Part shown: positions 42,054-52,943 of the stretch, piece after piece
How positions within the stretch are numbered: position 1 is the stretch's first letter
Layout of the letters: every line of letters begins with the position of its first letter
Source: a bacterium
GTDB taxonomy: Bacteria; UBA8248; JACPRG01; G963555815
Length of the DNA stretch: 64,000 nucleotides
Assembly: GCA_965218795.1 (NCBI GenBank)
Contig: OZ244653.1
Span: 1,024,001-1,088,000, forward strand
Direction of reading: 5' to 3'
The notes under the pieces: generated by a model
The model's database searches: none
What the model saw: the letters and a program-made list of their open reading frames with translations, nothing else
What the model was told of the DNA's origin: nothing
Program-made: the position numbers and the translations under genes

Positions 42054-45000
42054 ATGGCATTAGCCGGATTTCACCCAATCGTCGCATCCTGGTTCGAGGA
42101 AACCTTCGGCGCGCCCACGATGCCCCAAGCCGAAGGCTGGCCGGAGGTCATGTCCGGCCGGGATACCCTCATCGCCGCCCCCACCGGCTCGGGAAAAACC
42201 CTCGCCGCGTTCATGTGGTCCATCAACCGCCTCATTCAATCAGGGGCCGAGGGCGCCATCGAAGACAGCACGAAGGTGGTCTACGTCTCTCCGCTCAAGG
42301 CGCTCGGCAACGATATCCAGAAAAACCTCCAGGCCCCGTTGCAGGAAATCCAAAAGCGCGCGCAATCATCCGGGATCTCCTTCCCCGAGATCAACGTGAT
42401 GGTCCGGTCAGGGGACACCCCGGCGAAGGAGCGCGAGCGGATGGTCCGCCGCAACCCGCACATCCTGATCACGACGCCCGAATCCCTTTACATCCTGCTT
42501 ACGGCCGAGCGCAGCCGGAGGATGCTGCAGGCGGCCGAGACGGTCATCGTGGATGAGATCCATGCCGTCGCCGGCGACAAGCGTGGCGCGCACCTTGCGC
42601 TTTCCCTCGAACGGCTCGACGCCCTCTGCGGCCGAAAGGTTCAGCGGATCGGACTGAGCGCCACGCAAAAGCCCATCGAGACCGTTGCGCGGCTTCTGGT
42701 CGGCAACGGGCGGTTGAGAGAGGACGGCGGGCCCGCGTGCGCCATCGTCGACGCGGGAAGCCACCGGAAGCTGGACCTCTCCATCGAGATCCCCGACCAG
42801 GAGCTCGGGCCCATCGCCACGCATGAGCTCTGGTCGAACGTGTACGACCGTGTCTCGGATCTCGTCGAGAGCCACCGGGCGACGATCGTCTTCGTGAACA
42901 CCCGCCGCCTCGTGGAGCGCGTCGCCCATCACCTCGAGGATCGGCTGGGCGAGGACCGCGTGGCCGCCCATCACGGGAGTCTCTCGAGGTCCATCCGGCT
43001 CACGGCGGAACAGGGGCTCAAGAACGGAGACATTCCCGTCATTGTGGCTACGGCCTCGCTCGAGCTCGGAATCGACGTGGGACACGTGGATCTGGTCTGC
43101 CACCTGGGCGCGTCCCGCTCGCTGGCCAACCTGTTGCAGCGGGTGGGCCGGGCCGGGCACTGGCTCGGCGCGATCCCCAAGGGCATCCTCTTCCCCATGA
43201 CCCGCGACGAGCTGCTCCAGTGCGCCGCGGCGGTCCGCGCGGTGCGCCGGGGGGGGCTGGACCGCGTCATCATGCAGCAGAAACCCCTCGACATCCTCGC
43301 CCAGCAGATGGTGGCCACGGCCGCGGCAGAGGATGTGGGGGAAACCGAGCTTCTCGAAATGGTCCGCCGCGCCTTTCCGTACCGGAACCTGGAAGATCGG
43401 GAATGGCATGAAGTCCTCTGCATGTTGTCCGAGGGAATCTCCACCAGGACGGGCCGCCGAAGCGCTCACCTTCACCATGACCGGGTGAACGGGCGGATCA
43501 AGGGCCGGCGCGGCGCGCGCCTCGCCGCGATCACTTCCGGCGGCGCGATCCCCGATACGGCGGATTACGACGTCATCGAGGAGCCCGCGGAAACATTCGT
43601 CGGCCGCCTCAATGAAGATTTCGCCATCGAGAGCCTGGCCGGCGACATCTTCCTCCTGGGCAACCAATCCTGGCGGATCCGGCGGGTCGAGTCGGGCAAG
43701 GTCCGGGTGGAAGACGCCCGCGGAGCCCCGCCGAACATCCCCTTCTGGCTCGGGGAGGCCCCTTCCCGCACCGAAGAGCTGTCCGAGGCGGTTTCGGACT
43801 TGCGCGAGGAAATCGCGGGACGAATCCGCAAATCGGCCGATGGGAAGTCCGCGGCCCGGTGGCTCACCAGGGAATGCGGCCTCGATGAGGACGGGGCCGG
43901 TCAGGCGGTCGCCTATGTCCGGGATACGCTCGCCGTTCTGGGAACCGTCCCGACCGGGCAGGAGATCGTCGCCGAGCGGTTCTTCGACGAATCGGGCGGC
44001 ATGCAACTCGTCCTGCACACCCCGTTCGGAGGACGCATCAACCGGGCCTGGGGGCTGGCCCTGCGAAAAAATTTCTGCCTGAACTTCGATTTCGAGCTGC
44101 AGGCGGCCTCCACGGATGACGGGATCGTCCTTTCCCTTCTGGAGCAGCACAGTTTTCCGCTGGAATCCATCTTCGGGTTCGTCCGCGCCTCCCGGCTGAA
44201 GAAAGACCTGACGCAGGCGACCCTTCAATCCCCGATGTTCACCAACCGGTGGCGCTGGAACGCCACGCGGGCTCTCGCCGTCCTCCGCCACAACGGCGGG
44301 AAAAAGGTCCCGATGGCGATACAGCGAATGCGGGCCGAAGACCTTCTGGGCGCCGTGTTCCCCGACCAGCTCGGCTGCCAGGACAACTACTCCGGTCCCA
44401 TCACGCCCCCGGACCACCCCCTGGTGAACGAAACGCTGGACAACTGCCTCCGCGAGGCCATGGACATCGAGGGCCTGGAATCGATCCTGAACAAAATCGA
44501 ACGGGGAGAGATCCGGACGACGGCCCGGGAGACGCCCGCGCCCTCCCCCATGTCCCACGAGATCCTCAACGCGAATCCCTACGCCTTTCTGGACGACGCC
44601 CCGCTGGAAGAGCGACGCGCCCGCGCGGTTTCACTCCGGCGCGTCGTCCCGGAGCTGGAGGACGGCATCGGCGCCCTCGACCCGGAGGCCATCCGCGAGA
44701 CGCGGGCCCAGGCCTGGCCCGACGTGCGGGATCCCGATGAGCTTCACGATGTCCTCCTCTCCTGGATCATCCTGCCCGCCTCCGAAGCGGCCGATTGGGC
44801 GGAGTTCGCGGATCAGCTCAAGACCGCGGGGCGCGCCGCCTCCATCCAATGGACGTCCCCGGACGGCGCTTCGCTCGATGGGTTCGTCGCGACCGAACGG
44901 GTGGGGACGGCTCGCGCGGGGATTTCCGGATTGACCATCCAGGGGAAACTGCCGGACGCGGCCCGCGCGGCCACGGAAGAAGACGACGAAGGGGAGGAAG

Positions 45001-46481
45001 AGGCGTACCGGAAAATCGTTCAGGGATGGATGGAGTGTACCGGACCGATCACCGTCGAACGGCTTGCCGCCCGCCTGGGATTGGACGCGACCCCCGTCAA
45101 GATTGCCATGGCCGCCCTGGAGGGCCGGGGCGCCGTGCTCCAGGGACGCTTCTCCCCCGGTCTCCCGGACGGCGCCATCGAATGGTGCGACCGGCGGCTG
45201 CTGTCCCGGATCCACAAGATGACCCTGGGAAGGCTCCGCCGCGAGATTGAGCCGGTCACGGCGGCCGATCTCATGCGGTTTCAATTCCGGTGGCACCACG
45301 TCCACAACGGCGCCCGGCTGCACGGGCGCGACGGCCTGCTTCAGGTGATTCGACAGCTTCAAGGTCTGGAGATAGCTTTCCCCGCGTGGGAGCAGAACGT
45401 GCTCCCTTCCCGCATCGAGGATTACGACCCTCAGGATCTGGATTCTCTCTGCCTTTCGGGAATCGTTGCGTGGGGCCGCATCCAACCGGACCCCGAGGTC
45501 GCCGAAAAAAGCGTCCTGGGCGAAGCCCTCCCCCGAAACGGCCGCCGGAAGCCGGGCACACCCTCGCGACAGACTCCTCTCGCCTTCATGCTCAGGGAAG
45601 ACCTGCCGGATATCCTGAAATTCGGGCCGCTCGCAGGGATCGATGTCGAAGGCATGGCCCACGTCACGCGGGACGTCTACCAATTCCTGGCGCGACGCGG
45701 CGCCTCTTTCCTGACGGATATTGCCAGGGAAACGGGCCACCTGAAATCGTCGGTGGAGGAGGCTTTGTGGGAGCTGGTTTCGCGGGGGCTCGCCACGGGA
45801 GACGGGGTCGCCGGCCTGCGGACCCTCCTCCAGAGCGATACGGAACGAAAATCGAGTACGCGAAAGTTCAGCTCCGTTCGAGGGAGGAAGGGGTCGGAAC
45901 GGTTCATGCCGACCGGCCGGTGGTCTCTGTGGGCGAACGGCGCATACCCATCCCGGCCGAAGTCCGAGCGACTGGAAATCCTCGCCCGTCGGCTCCTCCA
46001 TCGCTATGGCGTATTTTTCCGGGACCTCCTCGCCAGAGAGACCCATGGAGCCCCCTGGCGGGAGCTGTTGGGCGTCTTTCGCAAATTGGAGGCCAGGGGC
46101 GAGATTCGTGGCGGCCGGTTCGTCAGCGGATTTGTCGGGGAGCAGTTCGCCCTGCCCGAGGCCGTCGAGACGCTCAGGGCGGTGCGCCGGGATCGGGAAC
46201 CGGAGGAACCGGTTGTGATTGCGGCCTCGGATCCGCTCAACCTCGTGGGGATTATCACGCCGGGGGCGAGGATCTCGCCGCTGTCAAGGCAGGTAATCGC
46301 GTATCAAAACGGGGTTCAGGTGGACGCCGGCCCGCTGGGAGAGGTTCGGAGCCGTCTTGAAAACCGGGAGCGCGTCTCCCGGGGGCCTTCATCAGCGCTT
46401 CCTGAAGATTTTTCCAGGGGGTCGGAGTCATTGCCGGAGACCGCGGGAATTCCTCGAGCTCTCCTTCGAGTGCGGGAATGA
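42054..46481 (+). CDS. lhr: Large ATP-dependent Lhr helicase
   Basis: APTGSGKT, SPLKAL, DEIH, SAT, HHGS, QRVGRAGH; C-terminal RGGRFV..GEQFA, SDPLNL. Confidence 0.93.
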   Translation: MALAGFHPIVASWFEETFGAPTMPQAEGWPEVMSGRDTLIAAPTGSGKTLAAFMWSINRLIQSGAEGAIEDSTKVVYVSPLKALGNDIQKNLQAPLQEIQKRAQSSGISFPEINVMVRSGDTPAKERERMVRRNPHILITTPESLYILLTAERSRRMLQAAETVIVDEIHAVAGDKRGAHLALSLERLDALCGRKVQRIGLSATQKPIETVARLLVGNGRLREDGGPACAIVDAGSHRKLDLSIEIPDQELGPIATHELWSNVYDRVSDLVESHRATIVFVNTRRLVERVAHHLEDRLGEDRVAAHHGSLSRSIRLTAEQGLKNGDIPVIVATASLELGIDVGHVDLVCHLGASRSLANLLQRVGRAGHWLGAIPKGILFPMTRDELLQCAAAVRAVRRGGLDRVIMQQKPLDILAQQMVATAAAEDVGETELLEMVRRAFPYRNLEDREWHEVLCMLSEGISTRTGRRSAHLHHDRVNGRIKGRRGARLAAITSGGAIPDTADYDVIEEPAETFVGRLNEDFAIESLAGDIFLLGNQSWRIRRVESGKVRVEDARGAPPNIPFWLGEAPSRTEELSEAVSDLREEIAGRIRKSADGKSAARWLTRECGLDEDGAGQAVAYVRDTLAVLGTVPTGQEIVAERFFDESGGMQLVLHTPFGGRINRAWGLALRKNFCLNFDFELQAASTDDGIVLSLLEQHSFPLESIFGFVRASRLKKDLTQATLQSPMFTNRWRWNATRALAVLRHNGGKKVPMAIQRMRAEDLLGAVFPDQLGCQDNYSGPITPPDHPLVNETLDNCLREAMDIEGLESILNKIERGEIRTTARETPAPSPMSHEILNANPYAFLDDAPLEERRARAVSLRRVVPELEDGIGALDPEAIRETRAQAWPDVRDPDELHDVLLSWIILPASEAADWAEFADQLKTAGRAASIQWTSPDGASLDGFVATERVGTARAGISGLTIQGKLPDAARAATEEDDEGEEEAYRKIVQGWMECTGPITVERLAARLGLDATPVKIAMAALEGRGAVLQGRFSPGLPDGAIEWCDRRLLSRIHKMTLGRLRREIEPVTAADLMRFQFRWHHVHNGARLHGRDGLLQVIRQLQGLEIAFPAWEQNVLPSRIEDYDPQDLDSLCLSGIVAWGRIQPDPEVAEKSVLGEALPRNGRRKPGTPSRQTPLAFMLREDLPDILKFGPLAGIDVEGMAHVTRDVYQFLARRGASFLTDIARETGHLKSSVEEALWELVSRGLATGDGVAGLRTLLQSDTERKSSTRKFSSVRGRKGSERFMPTGRWSLWANGAYPSRPKSERLEILARRLLHRYGVFFRDLLARETHGAPWRELLGVFRKLEARGEIRGGRFVSGFVGEQFALPEAVETLRAVRRDREPEEPVVIAASDPLNLVGIITPGARISPLSRQVIAYQNGVQVDAGPLGEVRSRLENRERVSRGPSSALPEDFSRGSESLPETAGIPRALLRVRE

Positions 46482-46625
46482 GGGGTTGGGGAGTCGGGCA
46501 ATCGCCCGCGCGTGTCTTCGGGCAATCCCCCCACAACCCACGATACAGATGCCCGCAGGAATACGGGAATGCTCAGTCACGAGAAATTGCCCTTCTCGGC
46601 ATCAGCAAATATGAAAAGAAATGAT

Positions 46626-46961
46626 TCAGGTGTCTTGCGTGAGGTAATCACCGAGCATCCCTCTGGAATGCTCATCGTCATGACAATCGATGCAGAGATT
46701 CTCCCAGTTGCTGCCGTCTGCGGGATTATTCCTGGGGTCGCCGTCCTTATGATGGACTGTCAGGAGGTGAAGAGTGGAGCGATCGAATTCCCGGCCGCAC
46801 TTCGCGCAGATCCATCCGTGAATCGCCAAGGATCGCTCACGGTACCCAGCCGATTTGCCGGATTTCGTATCGCGGATGAAGCCACGGACTTCTTCCGAGT
46901 TGATATCCGTCTTGAAGGGGCCCCTCCCCCTCCTTCTTTTCCTGAATCCCGGACCTGACAT
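46626..46961 (-). CDS. yajD: YajD-family HNH nuclease
   Basis: YRERSL...WICAKCGREF...LTVHHKD..NNP.DGSNWENLC..CHD.EH. Confidence 0.85.
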   Translation of the reverse strand: MSGPGFRKRRRGRGPFKTDINSEEVRGFIRDTKSGKSAGYRERSLAIHGWICAKCGREFDRSTLHLLTVHHKDGDPRNNPADGSNWENLCIDCHDDEHSRGMLGDYLTQDT

Positions 46962-47039
46962 TATATATTCCAATCAAATTGTTTAAAATCAAATGGTTAT
47001 ATAAAACTATCTAATGATTCGATTTAATTATTTTTTGCG

Positions 47040-47441
47040 CTAATGCGGCCCTGTCTTCGGCCTGTTCATTGGCAGGCTCTCCAAAATCGCCTGCGCGGAA
47101 TCCTCGACCGCACCCTCATCAGATGGCCCCTCCGGAAGCAGCAAACGCTCGACCACCTCACCGCCGACAATGTGTCTTTCCACAATCTCCCTCGCGTCAT
47201 CCGGGCTCCCAACCCAGTACCAGACGCCCTCCGGGTAGACCACAACGGTTGGACCCAACTCACAGTGGTCAAGGCAACCCGCTTTGTTGGCCCGGACGAT
47301 GCCTTTGAGACCATACCGCTCGATTTCCTCTTTGAACACGGCCCGCAAGCCTTTTGCGCCCCGGTCCATACAGCAACCCCTTGGATCGCTCGCGTCACGC
47401 TGGTTTTCGCAAACAAAAATATGGTGTTTGAATCCCGGCAT
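47040..47441 (-). CDS. Thioredoxin-like [2Fe-2S] ferredoxin
   Basis: HIFVC.N.R...GCC, GCLDHCELGP.VVVYPEGVWY. Confidence 0.9.
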   Translation of the reverse strand: MPGFKHHIFVCENQRDASDPRGCCMDRGAKGLRAVFKEEIERYGLKGIVRANKAGCLDHCELGPTVVVYPEGVWYWVGSPDDAREIVERHIVGGEVVERLLLPEGPSDEGAVEDSAQAILESLPMNRPKTGPH

Positions 47442-47633
47442 TTCTCACACGTCCTCCCGATTCCCATCAGGAGTATATCACAGGCGAATCGGCGCTCTTG
47501 GGTCATGAGCCGCGCTGGATTTCCGCGTCGAGAATAACAATTCACAGCCCAGGCTGGTGTGAATTCATTCGGATGAGCAATGAGGTGAATATTGCGAATT
47601 CGATGCCTGATCAACACAAGGGGTCATGGTTTT

Positions 47634-47663
47634 TTGACATTTTCAAAAGCGAATGATTAGAAT
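47634..47663 (+). promoter_or_regulatory. Putative sigma70 promoter for the 47.8-54.8 kb operon
   Basis: TTGACA-18 nt-TAGAAT. Confidence 0.5.
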
Positions 47664-47836
47664 GCGAGGTCTCGCTTGGATGCAATTCTGGCCGGATCGG
47701 CTTGGCACGACGAATCACCCTTGACGATTCTCCGAAACAGCGAGGAATTGCCCCTTTTTCATCCGATGCGGATTGACACGCTTGGCGAATTTGCCGGAAA
47801 CGTCCGCCTCTCCTCTTTGTATTCGAGTCTATTCAC

Positions 47837-49078
47837 GTGAAAAAAATCGATCATCTGGCTTGTGTGACCTGCGGGAAAGGGTACGACGTGGAAGAAGTCC
47901 TCTATGTCTGCCCTGATTGCGGTCTCGATAAGGGAACGCTGGACGTCATGTACGACTATGAAGGAATTCGTTCGCGCTTCAAGAAAGAGGATTTGCGCTC
48001 CAGTCGAGAGGAGTCGCAGTGGCGGTATTGGGAGATTCTTCCGGTCTCTCGGAGGGAATTCGTTCCTCCGCTGCGGATCGGCTGGACGCCTCTTTACCGC
48101 GCGGATCGGCTCGAGAAGGATTTGGGTCTGAGCAACCTCTGGCTCAAAGACGATACGGGAAACCCCTCCGCCTCCCTCAAGGATCGGGCCAGCGTCATGG
48201 CGGCCGTCCGCGCGAAGGAGCTGGGACGAGACGTTGTCGCCGGCGCCTCCACGGGCAACGCGGCGACCTCGATGTCCTGCGTTTCCGCCTATATGGGCCT
48301 CAAGCCCTACATTTTCGTTCCCGAGCGGGCGCCCAAGGCCAAGGTCGCGCAACTGCTCGTCTACGGCGCAACGGTCATCATGGTCCAGGGCAGCTATGAC
48401 CAATGCTTCGGCCTTTGCTGGGAGGCCAGTGAGCGGTGGGGTTGGTACAGCCGGAACACCGCCGTCAATCCCTTCCTGAGCGAAGGGAAAAAGACCGCTT
48501 CCCTGGAAATCTGCGAGCAGCTGGACTGGCAGGTTCCCGACAAGGTCTTCTGCTCCGTGGGCGACGGCTGCATCTTCGGCGGGCTTCACAAGGGGTTCCG
48601 GGACTTCCGCGAGTTGGGATTTATCGACAGGATTCCCCAGTTGATCGGTGTGCAGGCGGAGGGCTCGGCGGTCCTCCATGAGGCGTTCGAAAACGGGTGG
48701 GATGAAATCCGGCCCCAGGAGGCCGACACCATCGCCGACAGCATCTGCGTCGGACACCCCCGTGATTGGGTGAAGGCGCTCAGGGCCGTTCGGGAAACGG
48801 GCGGAAGGTACGTCGCCGTCTCCGACGATGAAATCCTCGCCGCGCAAAGCCGGATGGCGCGCGCGACCGGAGTCTTCGGAGAGCCCGCCGGCGTGACGGC
48901 CTTGGCCGGCGTCATCAAAATGAAAGAGGCGGGAGAGTTGGATCCGGACGAGCGGATCGTCGCGCTGGTCACCGGGCACGGGTTGAAGGACATCGAATCC
49001 GCCATGAAGGGGGTCGATGCCTCACCGACGATGGTGAAGCCCGACATCGAAGACATCGCCGCCAAGCTGGGGATGTAG
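47837..49078 (+). CDS. Threonine synthase-like PLP enzyme
   Basis: N-terminal CxxC..CxxC, NPSASLKDR, ASTGNAA, EGKKT, TGHGLKD. Confidence 0.88.
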   Translation: MKKIDHLACVTCGKGYDVEEVLYVCPDCGLDKGTLDVMYDYEGIRSRFKKEDLRSSREESQWRYWEILPVSRREFVPPLRIGWTPLYRADRLEKDLGLSNLWLKDDTGNPSASLKDRASVMAAVRAKELGRDVVAGASTGNAATSMSCVSAYMGLKPYIFVPERAPKAKVAQLLVYGATVIMVQGSYDQCFGLCWEASERWGWYSRNTAVNPFLSEGKKTASLEICEQLDWQVPDKVFCSVGDGCIFGGLHKGFRDFRELGFIDRIPQLIGVQAEGSAVLHEAFENGWDEIRPQEADTIADSICVGHPRDWVKALRAVRETGGRYVAVSDDEILAAQSRMARATGVFGEPAGVTALAGVIKMKEAGELDPDERIVALVTGHGLKDIESAMKGVDASPTMVKPDIEDIAAKLGM

Positions 49079-49173
49079 AACGGAGATTGCCGGCCGTCGC
49101 GGAAGGGACTGATGATTTGCTTTCGAACGGATTGACATGAAACGGAATGGATTGCCACAAGGAGAGAAAAAGG

Positions 49174-50226
49174 ATGATTGAGCGAAAGCCTTGGGATTCA
49201 CGAAAGCGCACCTGCGACTCCATGTTCGAGGCCATCGGAAATACCCCGCTGGTCCGCTTGAACAAGATTCCAGCCGAGATGAGCGCCGACATTTATTGCA
49301 AGATCGAGTGGTTCAGCCCCACCGGAAGCCTGAAAGACCGCATTTACTACAACATGATCACCGAAGCCATTGCGCGCGGCGATCTTAAGCCCGGGATAAC
49401 CATCCTGGAATGCTCGACGGGAAACGCGGGAACGGCCTGCGCGTGGGTGGCGACACTCATGGGGTATCCCTGCATCATCACGATGCCCGTGGGGATGAGC
49501 GATGAGCGAAAAAAGCTGATGAAGGCCTACGGGGCCGAGCTGGTCTTTACCCCTGGAGGGGAGAGCGACGTCGACCTGGCCCTGGAGAAGGCATACGAGA
49601 TCAAGGCCGAGGACCCCGGCAAATACTGGGTCCCCAACCAATTCGACAACAATGACAACGTGACTGCCCATTACATCACGACCGGGCCCGAGATATGGGA
49701 ACAGACCGAGGGAAAGATCGAGGCCCTCGTCGGAACCCAGGGAAGCGGGGGCGGGATTACCGGCATCGCCAAATACCTTCAGGAGCAAAAATCGGATGTC
49801 CAGTTGTGGGCCGTCGAACCCGAGGAATGCGCACTGCTTGCCGACCGGCGCTGGGGGCCGCATGGCATCGAGGGAATCGGTGACGGCCTGGTTCCGCGCA
49901 ACCTGCATTTGGAACACGTCACGGGCATCATTACGGCTCATACCGACGAGTCTGTCGAAATGGGCAGGCGGTTGGCGCGGGAAGAAGGGATCTTCTGCGG
50001 CATCTCATCGGGCGCCAACGTCGCCGCGGCCATGAAGCTCGCCCGGAACCATCCGGAGATTGGCTACATTGTCGTCATGACGAACGATACGGGCCAACGA
50101 TACTTTTCCACGGCTCTGTGCGGTGAAGAAAAGCACGTGGACGTTCCCGAGCGCGAACACCCACTGGACGATTACACGGTCGCCGAGTTGGACAAATACC
50201 AGGCAAGCTGGGAGATTATTCGTTAG
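49174..50226 (+). CDS. Cysteine synthase (CysK)-family PLP enzyme
   Basis: IGNTPLV, PTGSLKDR, NQFDN, TGPEIW, HGIEGIG, GISSGA, DTGQRY. Confidence 0.88.
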   Translation: MIERKPWDSRKRTCDSMFEAIGNTPLVRLNKIPAEMSADIYCKIEWFSPTGSLKDRIYYNMITEAIARGDLKPGITILECSTGNAGTACAWVATLMGYPCIITMPVGMSDERKKLMKAYGAELVFTPGGESDVDLALEKAYEIKAEDPGKYWVPNQFDNNDNVTAHYITTGPEIWEQTEGKIEALVGTQGSGGGITGIAKYLQEQKSDVQLWAVEPEECALLADRRWGPHGIEGIGDGLVPRNLHLEHVTGIITAHTDESVEMGRRLAREEGIFCGISSGANVAAAMKLARNHPEIGYIVVMTNDTGQRYFSTALCGEEKHVDVPEREHPLDDYTVAELDKYQASWEIIR

Positions 50227-50246
50227 ACGAAAGGAAAGAGGCGGAC

Positions 50247-51146
50247 ATGAACGCAAAATCGATGCAGCCGGACGTGGTCGACGTCCGGGACGCGATTGAT
50301 ATCCATTTCCATCCCCACCCGGATCTGATCCCGAGAGCATCGGATGATCGCGGCATCGCCGAGCGGGCGAATGAATGCGGGATGCGCGCGCTGGTGCTGA
50401 AGTGCCATTTCGAGTCGACGGTCGGCCGGGCCTATGACGTCAATCAGCAATTCGAGACCATTGACGTATACGGCGGCATTACGCTCAACCGATATACCGG
50501 GGGCATCAACCCGATAGCGGTGGAGACCTCCATCCGGCTCGGCGCCAAGATCATCTGGATGCCGACGGTGGATGCCGATCACCACGCCGCCACCTATGGG
50601 TTCACCGGCGGATACAACACGCAGAAGAGCGGATCGAAGCCGGTCGATCCCCTGTCCATCGTCACCGAGGACGGCAAGCTGACGCAGGACTGCCAGGACG
50701 TCCTGGACGTTTTGGCCCATTACGACTCCGCCGCCCTGGCGACCGGCCACTTCAGCGCCGAGCACGTGGACATCCTGGTCCGGGAGGCGGTGGAGCGGGG
50801 CGTCAAGCGGATCATCCTCCAGCATGTTTACTTCAAGATCCCCGCAATGAAGCACGATCAGGTCAAGGCCCTGACGACCCTGGCCGGCGTGTATGCGGAG
50901 CTGGAATACTGCGGGATCTCGCCCTTCTGGGCTCAGCCCGGACAGACGCTGGACCTGATGCGCGAGGGAATCACAGAAGTCGGGGCAGAGCATTTCATCC
51001 TGATTTCCGACGGCGGCCAGCGCCATAACCCCTTGCCCGCCGACGGCTTGCGGCTCCTCGCCCAGGGATTCTACGAAAAGGGTGTGACACGGGACGATCT
51101 GCGGACCATGATGTGCGTGAACCCCGCCGATGTGTTGCGGATTTAA
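50247..51146 (+). CDS. DUF6282-like amidohydrolase-fold protein
   Basis: DIHFHPHPD, KCH, GGINP, WMPT, ATGH, SDGGQ. Confidence 0.75.
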   Translation: MNAKSMQPDVVDVRDAIDIHFHPHPDLIPRASDDRGIAERANECGMRALVLKCHFESTVGRAYDVNQQFETIDVYGGITLNRYTGGINPIAVETSIRLGAKIIWMPTVDADHHAATYGFTGGYNTQKSGSKPVDPLSIVTEDGKLTQDCQDVLDVLAHYDSAALATGHFSAEHVDILVREAVERGVKRIILQHVYFKIPAMKHDQVKALTTLAGVYAELEYCGISPFWAQPGQTLDLMREGITEVGAEHFILISDGGQRHNPLPADGLRLLAQGFYEKGVTRDDLRTMMCVNPADVLRI

Positions 51147-51164
51147 TCCCGGGAGGAATTGACA

Positions 51165-51980
51165 ATGACCACGGCAACCGTTCTGAAAGAAGAGCTTCTC
51201 GACCTGTCCCCCCGGGAGATTCGAGCCCTGACCCGCGAAGGCAGGTGGGCCGGCGGGACGGAGGGTCTGGGGAAAGGGTACGCCCAGGCCAATCTGGTTA
51301 TCGTCCCGCAGGAAGCGGCGTTCGATTTTCTCCTGTTCTGCCTGCGAAATCCGAAACCCTGCCCCATCGTCGAAGTGACGGAGCCCGGCTCACCCATGAT
51401 CCGGCAGGTCGCCGAAGAAGCCGACCTGCGGACGGATCTGTCGCGCTATTGCGTCTACCGGCACGGAGAGCTGACGGCCGAAGTGGAAGACATCACGGAC
51501 TACTGGCACGATGACCTTGTGGGCTTCCTCATCGGGTGCAGCTATTCCTTCGAGACCGCCCTGCTGAACGCCAACATCCCGCTCAAGCACATCGAGGAGG
51601 ACAAGGTCGTCTCCCTCTACCAGACCGGTATCCTCTGTGTGCCCGCGGGCCGGTTCGCCGGTCCCATGGTCGTCAGCATGCGGCCAATCAAGCACCATCA
51701 GGTGGTCCGGTCGGTTCAGGTGACCTCCCGTTTCCCGGCCACTCACGGGGCCCCGGTACACATCGGCGATCCGTCGGTCATCGGCATCTCGGATCTCGAT
51801 GACGTCTGCTACGGCACTTGGCGGGCGCCCATCGAGCCCGACGAAACACCCGTTTTCTGGGGTTGCGGGTGCACCCCGCAGGCCGTCGCCCTGGCGTCCA
51901 GTCTGGACTTCATGATCACGCACAAGGCGGGCTATCTGTTCATCACGGATACGCTCTCAGAGGAAATTGCGGCCCTCTAG
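51165..51980 (+). CDS. D-glutamate cyclase-like putative hydro-lyase (DUF1445/YcsI), copy 1
   Basis: QANL, FC.RNPKPCP, DLRTD, IGCSYSFE, VSMRP, HGAPVHIGDP, WGCG.TPQ. Confidence 0.9.
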   Translation: MTTATVLKEELLDLSPREIRALTREGRWAGGTEGLGKGYAQANLVIVPQEAAFDFLLFCLRNPKPCPIVEVTEPGSPMIRQVAEEADLRTDLSRYCVYRHGELTAEVEDITDYWHDDLVGFLIGCSYSFETALLNANIPLKHIEEDKVVSLYQTGILCVPAGRFAGPMVVSMRPIKHHQVVRSVQVTSRFPATHGAPVHIGDPSVIGISDLDDVCYGTWRAPIEPDETPVFWGCGCTPQAVALASSLDFMITHKAGYLFITDTLSEEIAAL

Positions 51981-52088
51981 CGGGTGATCCGGGGCATGGG
52001 CGAATCCCCCCCCCGCCGACGCCCCGCTCTACTGCGATGGGATCTGCCCTAAGACGTTTTCGAGATCTGAACCCGGCGGGAGTTTCTG

Positions 52089-52904
52089 ATGACGACTGCG
52101 ACGGTAGCCAAGAAGGACCTGATCGACCTCCCCCCCCGAGAGATTCGCGCCCTCACCCGCGAACGAAAATGGACGGGCAGCACCGAGGGCCTGAGCGAGG
52201 GGTACGCGCAGGCCAACCTCGTTATCGTTCCTGAAGAAGTCGCCTTCGAGTTCCTGCTCTTTTGCCTGAGGAATCCCAAACCGTGCCCGATCGTCGAGGT
52301 AACGGACCCCGGATCGCCCATGATCCGGCAGGTGGCCCGCCAGGCCGATCTGCGAACCGACCTTCCGCGCTACTGCGTATACCGGGAGGGCGAGCTGGCC
52401 GCCGAGGTTGAGGACATATCAGAAGCCTGGCGAGACGACCTGGTCGGCGTCCTCATCGGTTGCAGCTATACCTTTGAAACGGCACTTTTGAACGCCAACA
52501 TCCCTCTCAAACATATGGAACTGAACAAGCCGGGACCCCTGTATATGACGAACATTCAGTGTGTGCCCGCCGGACGATTCTCCGGTCCCATGGTGGTGAG
52601 TATGCGGCCCGTCAAGCATCACCAAGTGGTTCGGGCGGTTCAGGTGACATCGAGGTTTCCGGCCACACATGGCGCTCCGGTCCATATCGGCGACCCGGAA
52701 CTGATCGGCGTCCACGACCTGGACGATGTTTGTTACGACACCTCCACGGTCCCCATCGAGGACGATGAGGTACCGGTATTTTGGGGGTGCGGCTGCACGC
52801 CCCAGGCTGTCGCCCTGGCGTCGAACGTCGACTTCATGATCACCCATAAGGCCGGACACCTGTTTCTGACGGATACGCTATCGGAGGAGATTGCGGCGCT
52901 TTAA
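52089..52904 (+). CDS. D-glutamate cyclase-like putative hydro-lyase, copy 2
   Basis: Same motif set as copy 1. Confidence 0.9.
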   Translation: MTTATVAKKDLIDLPPREIRALTRERKWTGSTEGLSEGYAQANLVIVPEEVAFEFLLFCLRNPKPCPIVEVTDPGSPMIRQVARQADLRTDLPRYCVYREGELAAEVEDISEAWRDDLVGVLIGCSYTFETALLNANIPLKHMELNKPGPLYMTNIQCVPAGRFSGPMVVSMRPVKHHQVVRAVQVTSRFPATHGAPVHIGDPELIGVHDLDDVCYDTSTVPIEDDEVPVFWGCGCTPQAVALASNVDFMITHKAGHLFLTDTLSEEIAAL

Positions 52905-52943
52905 CCGCGATTCCAGCCCGCGTTTCGACCTGACGAGCTTCCA

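Noticed and set aside
42408-46360. Long antisense or alternative-frame ORFs (e.g. 42408-44558, 4736-6433, 28150-29673)
   Set aside because: Shadow ORFs of GC-rich genes with no recognisable motifs
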